Assembly: GCA_965235115.1 (NCBI GenBank)
Contig: OZ249440.1
Location: 33,544,001-33,608,000, forward strand
DNA length: 64,000 nucleotides
From: Laetmonice hystrix
Taxonomy: Eukaryota
Direction of reading: 5' to 3'
Position numbers and translations under genes: made by a program. Under the pieces are notes generated by a model. The model saw nothing but the letters and a program-made list of their open reading frames with translations. It was not told the origin of the DNA and ran no database searches. This document shows, one piece after another, positions 13,188 to 24,716 of this stretch (position 1 is its first letter; each line of letters opens with the position of its first letter).

Positions 13188-14089
13188 TTTCCTTAGCAAC
13201 CGGTTTCCTAATGATACATAAGCTACAATAAACTTGTGGAAATAACATTAGTAGCACTAAAGGAGTATAATGAGTATATTGATATTTAGGTAAGGCCACC
13301 TTGTTGCCTAGCAACGAGCTTTGAAACATTATAGCTCCTTAGCAAGCATTTATATTCCAATATTATCGCCTTCTGCTGCAGAGTATGTGAAAGTGCCAAA
13401 ATTTCTGCCGCCCCCCACCCCGTCCGCAGCATCGGCTGGTTGAGGCTGGGCCGGCTGTTGGGCCTTTATGAAGGCCGGATTGCCTAGCTTCTCCAGGGCA
13501 GCGGACAGCGGTCCCCCAGACTTGTTACTTCTGCAGGACCACAGGTCCTGTAGAAATTTTGGCACTTTCACATTGTTTACAAGTTCACAAGTTTATTGTA
13601 GCTTATGTATCATTAGGAAACCGGTTGCTAAGGAAATATACAAAAATTAGGTGGTTGCTATGGATTTATGCTAATTAGGCACTGTTCCACCACTTAGATT
13701 TTTCTAGACTTTTGATATATTATTCTATAGACATTTCTGATATCAATGGCGATAAAATAATTTCTGTTGCAATTAGTGGTGGGTCATTCCATATTTTGAC
13801 TGGACTATTACTGGCGGGACATCACCGCCCACCGTCGTCTCTGCGTGCACTTGCCTCCTCCCCAAACCTGCCAGACTGCCAGGACATCCCCGTCCGCCCA
13901 TGCTTCCTCCCTGTCCTGCGCGACTGCCAGGACAACCCTGACTAAGCCGTGGCGGTGACAACGTCCATCCAGTGCGTCTACATGGGACGAGCCAGCGTCT
14001 TCATTTTTGCGTCCCCCCGAATTTCATTGCGGAAATTGGTATATCGGACGGTGTAAGCGCGAACCCTGAAGTGGGCACTCAACATCTAC

Positions 14090-15260
14090 AATGGCTACTC
14101 GTAGAGGCCAAGGTAAAGGTAATGGCGGTTCTATTCACACAGAAATTACTCGACAAGCTTGTCAACAGTGTGGACAGTATACAGACGGCCCTACAGACGC
14201 TGATTACTAAAACGGATAAAGTCCCAATCAATACTCGAGATTAAGGCCTCTACCGAAAAATTAGATTTGGAATTTAATGCTAAACTAGAAGTATTTATTA
14301 GAAATGATGCAGCGTTGCATCAGGAGATGGATGAACTTAAGGACAAAGTAGTTTCCCTTCAGACTGGATTAAACTCTCTTAGGAAGAAAAGTGATGAGGA
14401 GTGTAATGCTAAGAAACGGTTAAAGTTTCATCAGGGGTGTTCCCGAACAAAATCAAGAAAGGATGCATGAAACTATGAAAACACTTTTTGACGCTCTCAA
14501 CATTACCTTTCTCTACAACACATGGAGCATATCGTCTAGGCAAACCGTCCAGTATGACAGGAAACGCTGCTTGCTCGCCGCGTCCGATCAAATTCATGCT
14601 TTCTACAAAGCAACAGAAGGCTGAATTCACTTTTCAGTGTCGCGCCAAATTTAGCCTCACTCAAAAGGTTTGAACGTGTCCAGTTCTCGAATGACCTGAC
14701 CGACGACGAATTGTTGATACACTGTGAAGTTCAACAACTTCACAATGCCACGAAGAGGTTAAATGGTGTTACCAGTAGAGTGAAAGGGAACTCCATTGTT
14801 ATCGATGGCAACCTTTATAGAATGAATTATTTTGGTGACCTGCCTCATGGCATAACGCTTGAAAATGCGTCCACTATTGAAACACCTGATGCCTGATGGT
14901 GTGGCCTTTGAGGGCCATAGCAGCCCGTTGAGTAACTTTTATCGTTGTAATATCCAAGACAGAAACGGCACGGCAGCCACAACTATGGAACACTTGTTTG
15001 CGATGCCGATGGCAGACACTTCCAATGTCGATTTAAATAAGCAAGCTACAAAGTTAATCCACAACACAGTTACGTTTTTCTGGATTTGTGAAGTCGATGT
15101 GCCAATGTGTTTATCAGACAATGCCAAACTCAGAGGCAGGGCGTTTTACATTGCCCATTTAAATTGCCAGAGTGTAAGAAATAAGATAGATATTGTTAAG
15201 CACCATACCAAAGACTTTCCTGGTGAGCTTCTTGATATTGAGGGTTATAACCTATGTCCA
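14090..15260 (+). pseudogene. Decayed CR1/L2-group LINE 5' part: L1-like ORF1, N-terminal part of a NADAR domain, start of APE endonuclease
   Basis: Coiled coil, then GVPE, AYRLGK, PRPIK, NDLT and IVIDG. Next GVAFEGHSSPLSNFYRC...TMEHLF (NADAR). After a deletion, IAHLNCQSVRNKID (APE motif I). Confidence 0.7.
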
Positions 15261-15773
15261 GAAATTCATGACGGGCGCCTTGCCCATGCGCAGTTCCGGC
15301 CCATTGAGCCCACAGCCAAATCGAATGGAGAGATTATTTAAATTGCCTGTAGAGGGCAGTAAAGTATAGCAGTGCCATTTGCCTGATCGCTGTTCGAACC
15401 AGAGAGGTTTTATAGGTATTCTCTCAAAAAATCGTAGCAATCTGACCATTTTTCCCTATTTACATGGTATGGTTAAAGTATGAGGACCCAGACGAGCCTT
15501 TTAACGCGAAGGCGAGGATATTTTCCGCATGTCACAACATTATCAACGGTGCTGAGCACCACAATATGGGAGATACTCTAGTTGCACGATTAATAGATAG
15601 ATGGCGACACTGTACTGTACCCGTCAAGGTATGTTCCAAGGAATTTCGAGGAATTTTTTTTCGTTTACATGGGGGGGTTGAAGTTGAGCTGTTTTCACTG
15701 ACATGAAACATGTTAGGTATGGAAGAAGTCCCGCTTCAGAAAAAAAACTAAAATGAATTCCTTTCAAGACCAG

Positions 15774-15928
15774 GTGCCCGTCTCACTAAAGGCTGGTTAA
15801 TAACCAGTTCGTTAAGTTAACATAGGAGTGAATGGAAGGCTGCTGGTTACAGTAACCAGCAGCCTTCCATTCACTCCTATGTTAACTTAACGATCTGGTT
15901 ATTAAACAGCCTTTAGTGAGACGGGCAC
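15774..15928. mobile_element. Near-perfect hairpin MITE, Harbinger-like, CAG TSD
   Basis: gtgcccgtctcactaaagg...cctttagtgagacgggcac is palindromic along its whole length, with cag on both sides. Confidence 0.85.
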
Positions 15929-16244
15929 CAGGCCCGGTTTTATGGTCATCGTCTCAGACTCGTGCTCATCTCATCTCATGCCATGGTGAGTCTGGGATGA
16001 TCTGTGGAGACGGAGCTCAAATCCGTTTTTTTTTTAGTTGAGATTGAGCTTTGGTTCAGTTGAGAAATCGTCTGTCGTCTCACTGGCCGAAAATGGAATA
16101 ATCGTGACGACACAATGGGTGCAACAATAACCAGTCTATTGTGACGTAACAAAGGTAACGAGCGATGCTAGCGCTTGCAGCGCTCCCTGTGGATTTTTCA
16201 TGTCATGCTTTTTCTGGGTATATAAGATTAGACAGGTCTTGGTC

Positions 16245-16655
16245 CTGCAATAGGGAGCCGAAGTCTCGTGACACAGTTACGGATTTTCTGGATAGGAGGT
16301 ACAAATGGAGTAGTCAATGTTGACACCCAAATGTTACGTCACAAATGTCCCCATTGGTTTAACATAGGATGAAGAGACATCGTTCCAAAGATCGGCCTAG
16401 TCTTGAAGATTTTTGTGTTGTTATGTATAAAAATTATCTATTCAAGCACAAAACAGGTTGATACAAATATCTGGGAAGGTCTTATTACTAAGGGCAGCAT
16501 AATTACAGAGAAATCACAAGTTGAAGTTGGCAGTCGCCGTTCCCTATGGCCGGCGCAATGCTAAACAAGCGTGAGCGATAATGACGTGTCAACAAAATCG
16601 ACGTTTATCGCGTTGTAACGCAACATCTCGTGACCTACTTCGGCTCCCTATAGCA
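16245..16655. mobile_element. MITE-like element
   Basis: Inverted repeats ctgcaatagggagccgaagt / acttcggctccctatagcag. Confidence 0.55.
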
Positions 16656-17073
16656 GTTATGCTCCGAAGAAAGGTGGCGGAATCGCTGTATATATTAAAA
16701 CTAACGTCCATTATTCTCTTAAGGATTATGAAGTTCATAATATTAGCTCTAACTCGAACTTCTTTGGCTTAAAAGGGCATATTATGAGGAAACGTGAACA
16801 ATCTGTATTTCAAAGAACTTTTGCTGCTTTCATAAAGAGATCCTGCATTAAAATTGCTTGGTAAACAAAGACAGACTTATCAGTTTCATTTTGCGTAAAG
16901 AACGGCCGTAAACTGATGGGGAAACAAGAGATTACAGCCAGCAGGTGTTATTACACCATCCGCATCAAGCGATCACTCATTTAGCCATTTTTTACGTCGA
17001 CGTGTGGCATGCCATATGCCCATCATGTACATGGAAAGTGGGATGGGGATTCCTGTGAGTTCCCTAACCTCTA

Positions 17074-17371
17074 TAGGCCCATCTGTTTTCCGGGTTTTTT
17101 GTCAAGGCAAATTCCGTATTTCAAAATGGCCATTTCCGTTTTTTCTTTTTTTTTTAATATAACTAACATAATATTTAATAAAACACCTGTATAAGCAACA
17201 AACACTTTTCCCCCAACAAATTATGCTTTTATGTGCAGCATTTAGGCACGCAGGCGCGATCACGTGCCTGAAATTCGACCCACTGCCAAAAAAGTTGCCG
17301 TTTCCGTGATTTTTTGAAAAAACAGGATTCCGTTTTTGTGAGGCAATTCCGTGCGGAAACAGATGGCCCTA
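17074..17371. mobile_element. MITE with TAGG...CCTA ends (hAT-like)
   Basis: taggcccatctgttt / aaacagatggcccta, with internal ttccgt repeats. Confidence 0.6.
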
Positions 17372-17731
17372 CCTATATAGAACCACGTGCTTGGTTGTAC
17401 TTGAACTTGAAGGAAGTCAGTTTTATCAGTTTTTAACGAGTATCAAAGCATCACAATTTAACAAAATACACCCAGATGACGCAAAATGCATATAAAAAAA
17501 AATCATGCACATGGATCGTGTTGTAAAAGTGTGACGCATGAAGCCGATCATCAGTGAGGAACTGTTACAGTGAGGGACCACGGTTAACGGTGGTCCCTCG
17601 AGGCCCCTGTCAGTTAACTGACGGGGGGCCCTGAGCGACCACCATTGACTGACGGGGGGGGGGGCCTCGAAGCACCTCCCTATATTATGGTCACTCGCTG
17701 GAAGGAATCGCGTAAGAAAGAGCCACCCCAA

Positions 17732-17959
17732 TCACTGAAAAATGTAAACAAAGAAAACAAGAGTGAGGGGAGCAGTGACAGACGCCACATGACCAAACGC
17801 GCCGCTCGTGAGTCGCATACCCATGTCAAAGAGAAAGTCAGCTTTGTAGGTGTCTTCCGGACGGTAGAAGCAAAACACGAATTGGTCTTTGTTATCTTTT
17901 CGGGGCTTGCTCTTAGGATAGCCTGACTTCTGGTCAGTCCAGACGTTGTTGGTTCGTAC
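17732..17959 (-). CDS. Last coding exon (4) of SAARP/CARP4-like gene, with GPI-anchor-like tail
   Basis: Acceptor ttcttgcag|GTA. Encodes VRTNNVWTDQKSGYPK...FVFCF...TSGAFGHVASVTAPLTLVFFVYIFQ-stop. Confidence 0.8.
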   Translation of the reverse strand, partial: VRTNNVWTDQKSGYPKSKPRKDNKDQFVFCFYRPEDTYKADFLFDMGMRLTSGAFGHVASVTAPLTLVFFVYIFQ

Positions 17960-18159
17960 CTGCAAGAACCAAGCAATGGTTAGAATTAGCAGATTGCCAA
18001 ATAGGCCGACTGTAACTAGTATTTAATTTAAGAATATGTAACATGTAAATCTAACAACTTCGAGGTATGATATAAAAATATATAAATAAAAGTTTAAGTC
18101 AGTCTGGTGCAACTTGGTGTAGCTGCGAATATGTACTCGCTGTGCTATACTGCCTTCAT

Positions 18160-18420
18160 CCTTGTACCCACTCAGTCTCGGCGGTCTGGGTCCCAGATCC
18201 TGGCCGTCACTTAAGTCGACCTGAATCCGGCCCTGACCTGACCCTGATCCTTCACTTGGCCCGACCCGTACTCGACCTACCCCAGACACAGGCCCTAACC
18301 CTGACCTAACCTTGACCCTTCCCTGATCTGTACCCTGACCTGATCCTGACCTTTACCGTTACTTGACCCTAACATATTCCTTCACTTGGCCTTATCTGGA
18401 TCTTACCGTTAAGTCCATGC
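18160..18420. repeat. Degenerate (ctgacc)-type low-complexity intronic repeat
   Basis: Seen directly in the sequence. Confidence 0.6.
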
Positions 18421-19273
18421 CCGGCTACCTTTTTTTCTGTTTGGGGGGTAAACTTTTCATTGGGGAAACTAAAGCCTAAGTCAATGCCCAATCGCAGTAA
18501 TACATAGTCTAATGCAGATGAGCATTTTCCCTCTATAATATACTTAGGCCTCCCTGTCTAAATTTTCCCATAATATTTGTACACTTGGTAATGTTAATAA
18601 TTGTGAACTGCCTCTCAGTAATTTGCTATGTATTTGGGCCATAGCAGTCACAGCTCTACGGCCCGGGCCCTTGTGGGGGCTTAAGCCTGATTAGCCCCCC
18701 CCCCGCCCCGCCCCCCCCCCCCAATTGTCTAGTATTTTAATTGCAGTTAAAAAAGGACATGTCTGAGGGCTCCACTCCGTCGTCTCATCCTCCCCTCCCC
18801 CTAAAAAAAATCAAGTAATAATTTCTAATGGTATAAGGCAGCGTGACCTATAGATTATGATTAGGTTACCCAGGAGGCCTGGAACAGGGAGGCCTGCACC
18901 GCCGAGAAATGGATATTGGTTAACCCACCTGGAAGTTATTTCAATGTTTTTTTTCACAATCGGTCTGACAGAAAATGGGAACCGACTGGCTTTTCTCTGT
19001 GTAAATGGCTTCTAATCTAAAATAATGATGCTTCCTTTAAAAGATTATATATTTTTAAAAGGGCATCATGAACCAGAAAGAGGCACCATCAACTAGAATT
19101 GGGGGGGGGGGGGGGGGGTTACACCGCCCCCCCACTGGACCTGGACCTAATCCTGACACTTGACTTATGTTTACTCTGACCCGCACCGTGTCTTCACCTC
19201 TGATCTGACACTAACCAGTTCCTTGCCGTTACCCTTCACCTAACCATGGCTTGTACTTTTCCCTGTCTTGTAC

Positions 19274-19546
19274 CTTGCTGGGGAGGCATAGGGTGGCTTC
19301 CCCGACGCGGGCCCTCCTCAGGCACATTGCCGTCGAGTCGAGTGCCTCGGCCACCTCGGCACCATCGACGCTGATGAAGAAGTCGAGAAGATTTCCCACA
19401 TCCGAGGTGTTGTGACAGGGATTGGAGGTCGTGTCACAGAATTTCCAACCCTCCAGCGCGAAGTGTACCCTGATGTCATTCACTCTCACGGGAAACGTGT
19501 AGCCAAAAGTGACGTCACCATCCTCCGTGAAAATCAGTGTCGTCAC
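19274..19546 (-). CDS. Coding exon 3 of SAARP/CARP4-like gene
   Basis: Acceptor cttcag|GTG, donor AAG|gtac, 273 nt, phase 0. Encodes VTTLIFTEDG...WKFC......C....G..LDF.I.V.G...LPSK. The donor is weaker than the others. Confidence 0.8.
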
Positions 19547-20099
19547 CTGAAGTTGAAGTGACCACGATAAGAGTGCCATCTTGTCAACACAGAATTTATG
19601 GAGAACAAGTTGCTTATTTTTGAGCAGGTCAAATTTTAAGAGATCGGATAAGATGAAAAGGAAATCAACATATGTAATTGTGTAATATGTATATGAAACT
19701 GGCGGGGGAGACAACCCTGATAGCTCTCTGACCAGAAAGTCTGCCTTTAACTTCAGGGGCCTTTGACCTTTTTAGGCCGCCAGCAAAAGTGGAGACATAA
19801 CCAACCCCCCCCCCCCGACCCAGCAGCAGCGGGGTACCAAGTAACTTAGGTAGGAGGGCGAGGTGAGTTAACCGGGTAGGAAGATCAGGTGAGCAACTCG
19901 GGTAAGAAGCTGTAGGTGCGTAGCTGGAGTTAAACCTACAGGAAAAGTTCAAACTATCAATATAAGGTTGTTCAGCATCAACAAGCTTCTTCCTACCTAC
20001 AATCCTGTGATGGTCTGATCTTTAATAAAGAAATAATCAACGGAAATGTAGCTAGACATTCTCCCCCTGGCTTCGTCTGCTTGTCTGCCCTACTTGTCC

Positions 20100-21382
20100 A
20101 TGAATGGACTTTGTAGGGACGGAGAGACAGCTAAACTTCACATGCGAAAATATAGAACAACAAACAGAGAAGAAAAGGGATAAAACAACCGGTTTTAACC
20201 TGGCAGCAGAAGGAACTGAGGCGACGGAAGTGGAAGGAGCAAAAAAAAATATACCGGCTCCTGTAGTTCCTGTAGTCCAAAGACAAATTTAATTCCCATT
20301 TTCTGCTGCAAGTGCAAGAAGAACAGCAGTATGCAGATCCAAGAAAGCTCTACCAAAAGATCCACAGAAATTTGCCGATGTTGTTGAAGTATTGTAGACA
20401 ATGCATCACCGCTAAAACTCAAGTTTTTCACAGAAAAGAAAATGTTGTTGACAACATCTAAAAAGAAAACGCTGGAAACCATGGAAAGAACTGTTGATAG
20501 CCTTAAAACAACTCTTACAGCATTAAAAGATTGTAGATCGTCGAGTATTACAAAGCATAGTTTCCTCTGGAGACTCCGGTTTCCTTCACCAAAAAAAACT
20601 TACTTTCATCATCTTCACCACCGTGTTATGACTCTGGCTGTTGCAAGGCGTAAAACCCCAAATACACACCCACTATTTGACCTTTGACCTGTATCGAAAC
20701 TAGGCCTAGTCTCAATATTTAGACAAATTGACGTAAAAGGACGTAATCCACTTGGGTTGCAATGGCTTCCGCGCGTCTACGATTTATTCTCTCTCAGAAG
20801 CTTCAAAAGTATGCACAAGTGCTTGTAAGGTCCCGTAAGAAATCGTGACCTGCGTAAGCACTCTTAGAAAATCGGAAAGCATAATCCACTTGTGTAGGGT
20901 CTTAAGAGCTCTTCTGATCATCAGAAGACATTAAAATTGAGGCTGAGGAGGTTGCACTGGTTGCCCTCACCTTAGGCTATGCCTTTTTGGCCGAAGGTGA
21001 GGAACAAGAAATCTGAGAAAAGGAAAAAGGACAAAAAGGAAAACATATAAATGTTGGGTCTGGGGATGGATCAACAAACGTGAATCTGGAATCGCTTCTT
21101 TTTTTTTCTTTGCGTTTTTTTACTTTGATGAAGTATCTTCCGATATCTTACCTGAGGCCACGTGCACTATGCACTCTTCTGATAATATCTAACATTTTTT
21201 GATGCACTCAAAAGGTAAGATGTCCGAAGCCCTCGGAACACTCATGAACTCTCGTTATGCGTGATTCACTTAAAATGCGTGCATTCCCGATTTAGAAAGT
21301 TTTCCTCAGAAGAGCTCGTAAGACCACGCAAGGGGTGAATCTGAAGCATCGTAACGCAAGTGGATTTTGTCTGTCCCCGCTC
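20100..21382. mobile_element. Decayed DNA transposon remnant in intron 2 (family uncertain)
   Basis: Broken Lys-rich coding fragment at 20290-20560, aatccacttg / caagtggatt inverted motifs, possible terminus ...gtccccgctc. Confidence 0.3.
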
Positions 21383-21834
21383 ATACGAACCTTGAAGCAC
21401 CAGCTCTACGTTTCATGTAGAAAAAATTTGTATTACCAAATTTATCTTTTTTCTGTCTGCTGGAAGGCCTGATAGTGGCTCTAGAAATATACCAAGTAGT
21501 TAGCACCAGCTGCAATTTCTGTAGATTAATTCTTTCCAATCTCCGGATGCCAAGCAAGTGCAGCAGAACTCTTCTAGCTTTCTTACCCTCAACAGTGTTC
21601 TCACTTTCTATATACGTTATTCTCTACTGAGCGGAATGGTGGGGTTACTTAGTGTGATGTGTGTGGAAATGAGGAACTCCAGTATGGGAGGGCCAGTCAG
21701 GTGAGTAACTATGGTAGGAGGGTGAGGTGAGTAACTCTGGTAGGATGGTCAGGTGAGTAACTTGGGGAGGAGGGTCAAGCGACTGTATGGTGAGAGTTCA
21801 GGGGTAAGAGTTATAGAAAATCACCTGAACTTAC

Positions 21835-22107
21835 CTTGAGTTTAGGCCCGAAGGGGAGCCTCGCCTCGTGGGCCACCATCTTGGCTGCTTTCCCGTTCAC
21901 CTTGGTGTCCGTGAGGTCGCTCACTGTGAACAATATGTCATCGTACCGTTTCACCAGGTGTTGCTGTTCGACATTTCCCGTGGTGGCGACCTGCTTGCCG
22001 TCAGGATTCACCTCCAGGATGTCACCCAGTCCAACCTCCACGGCAGATCTTTCTCCTCCACTCCGCGACTTTAACTTCAGGGTACCAGAATTTTCGTCAA
22101 TCGTCAC
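21835..22107 (-). CDS. Coding exon 2 of SAARP/CARP4-like gene
   Basis: Acceptor ctag|GTG, donor AAG|gtaagt, 273 nt, phase 0. Encodes VTIDENSGTLKL...ILEVNPDG...HLVKRYDDILF. Confidence 0.85.
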
Positions 22108-23019
22108 CTAGGTATCATAACACAGAATAGATACCCTGCCAGGCTATATTTGAAAAAGGGGGGTATCATTGTAATGTATTTCCCTTACGGGACTATTTTA
22201 CCAAATCCTCACCCTTCAGGTTAATACAAGTAAAACAACAATAGGAACTAGTCACCCTGATTGCATGCATCATTCATCCCATTTCCCCTTGGCCGGGAAA
22301 CATTACAGAGATGAAGGACCAAATTATGGTGAGATTTCTGAAGATTATCTCGATTATGATGTATTATATTATTTAAAATCCAATGTCAAACATTGAGATA
22401 TTTTCAAAATAGAAGGTATTCTTGAGAGCTCAAATTACAATGTATATCCAATTTAAAGTTAAAACGTCACAATTCCGTCACATTCAGCCATATCCAGTCC
22501 AGTCAACAAGTTAATTACCTGGTCTGTAATTCAATCCAATCCAATCACTTTTATGACAAAAAGCAATCATATTGAGATAAGTCTTATATTACAATACTCT
22601 ACATATATTTATCAGTCTTATGTCATAGCCACTGAGCAAACCCTCACTCCTATACAGAAGTCTATATTCGTAAACAACAGGAAACAGCCATTGACATCAG
22701 GCCCCCAAAGGCGTGTGTCTCTATCACAATCCTATACAGCTTATGGCACTGCGAGATCAGTGTTATGTCATAGTGCTCTGCTCTGTATACAGCTTATGAC
22801 ACTGCAACATATATTTTTCAATCTTATGTCAGAGTGCTCTGCCTCACTTTAACTACAGCACTGTCGATAACACAACATACACACCTCAAGTCCGTGTAGT
22901 AGCCATATCACTGAGCAGACCTCACTCATACGGAAGACCATATTCATAAACAACGTGAGAGAGCCATTGGTATCAGGCTCAAGTGCCTACAACTCGTGCA
23001 CATTACAATATCAGGGTGT

Positions 23020-24716
23020 CCCTGCAAGATTTTACCCATTTGGTTTGTGACCTGTAATCAAGTGCTGGTTGATGGTTTGTGGCCTGTTTAGGTTTCTGCT
23101 GCAACCCCAGAAGCGATCAAATATTCCCTCATAGATAAAACCTTGAAGGTTCCTTAGTCTGTCCATTAGGTTTGGATGTGTATCAAACTTAAGAGTTACT
23201 AATGACTTCAGTTTGTTGAATTCATTCTTCTTCCATGACTCTGTTATGTTAATTTTACTGCACAAGGATTAAATGTAGTATGGATTAGTGGCTTCCCGCA
23301 GTTTGCCTCTCACGGCGTCATCTCCCGCCTCAATGGCAGCATGGGTCGCATACATGTGTTCGACACTGTTATAGATACCATTGCCATCTCTCAATTCACA
23401 TGGATACATATTTGATAGGAAGGAGTTGTGGCCCCTAAAGGCCCAGCCGTCCTCAGTTTGCTAGATCTAGTGTTAGCTCAGAAGCCAACTTGGGAATGTC
23501 TCGATGATAGTAGCGCTTTCCATTAATCACAATATAGTCTCCATGTATGCGTGCCTCGCTCCCCTTAGATTGGGCTAACCAGACAAGCGATTTTAGCTCC
23601 ATCCTTTCCAACTTCTCGTTCTGTGTCAACTCATCCTCACAGTAGGTGTTTTCCCACGCTTTGATTTTTCTAGCTTCACTTGATTTTCCATAGATTTCAG
23701 ACTTTTGAATATAAGTGAGTAGGTGGAGCCGTATTGGTCGTGGGCGTGTTGGTGGCTCATTTTGGTTCTTGCGCTGTGTTGCAGGTCGTGTGCCACCAAA
23801 GCGGAACGCGCCATTTGTACCACTGTAATTGAAAGACAGCCCCATGGCCTCGAGCCATTCCCTAGTGTAAACATTTTCTCTCCCTTTTGTTCAGGGACTC
23901 CGGTGACGATTAAGGTTAATTTCCGCTTCTCGTCTGCAATTGACTGTAACTGTTGTCGTAAATCTGTGTTAAGCCGCTTTCACATGCACACGGTTTGTGG
24001 CATGCGGCGTGCGTTTTTGCAGAAATGGAACAACTGAAAATAGATATAACCGTTCACATGCCCCCGGTTTGCGGTGTGCGGCGATTTACATTGGCTACAT
24101 TATTAACAAAAACGCACGCCGCATGCCGCACGCCGCAAACCGTGTGCATGTGAAAGCGGCTTTAGATGCCATGCATTGCTTGACATGCTCCCGTGTTAGG
24201 TCCAGCTTTGTGGACAGATCTGTTGTATTTTCTTTATGTACAGACAATTCCTCCTTTAATTCACCTAGGCTAGTTTCAACTGCACTGACCTTTGTTTCGA
24301 TATTAGTCATCTTGCTAGCGATGTTACCCACTTTTTCATTCAGTGATTTAATCCCTTCCATGATTTGCGCCAGGTCTGTTGTTGGTGTCATGTTATCGGT
24401 CCCTGTTTCCTGCCCGGTCCCTTGAGTGGTATCATCAAAAAGGACCCGTCGCGCTCCCGTTCTTTCTTCGACAGCCACAAGCCCCTACTTGTGAGTTGTG
24501 TTGGTTCTCGTCAATTGGGAATCATCAGGGGTTGACATACCTATTCATATACTCTGCTGTGAGGTTCATATTGGTCCACAAGTACTCCTCACTGGGTAAG
24601 GTACCTACCGGCATGATAGACCTGTGACTGGCAGGCATATTGGTATCTAAGACTCTTGTACTCCTCATACTCATGTCGACTTCGGAAGTTATTTCCAGCA
24701 TTAGGCTATTTGACAC
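23020..24716 (-). pseudogene. LINE ORF1-like gene (coiled coil, L1-type RRM/CTD-like region) fused to a complete NADAR domain; decayed; in intron 1
   Basis: ORF1 motifs LIVTGVPE, AFRFG, PRPIRL, DELT and IVING. Then GWAFRGHNSFLSNMYPC...NSVEHMY...W...KFDTHPNL..RL...IYEG..DRFWG...NQMGKIL, read across one stop and frameshifts. Confidence 0.8.
23972..24161. mobile_element. Harbinger/Tourist-like MITE, TTA TSD, inserted in the ORF1-NADAR gene
   Basis: agccgctttcacatgcacacggtttg / caaaccgtgtgcatgtgaaagcggct, with tta on both sides. Confidence 0.9.

Larger units (their letters stand above)
5217..13807 (+). mobile_element. Academ (AcademX-type) DNA transposon with both termini present
   Basis: Termini TAGTCCAGTCA / TGACTGGACTA. 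TTA duplicated at 5214-5216 and 13808-13810. Long inverted homology between ~5250-5405 and ~13585-13783. Internal transposase-XPG-Cys ORF. Confidence 0.85.

Noticed and set aside
19274..22107. Exons 2 and 3 are both 273 nt, suggesting exon duplication
   Set aside because: The encoded peptides are not similar beyond the first codons; probably coincidence.
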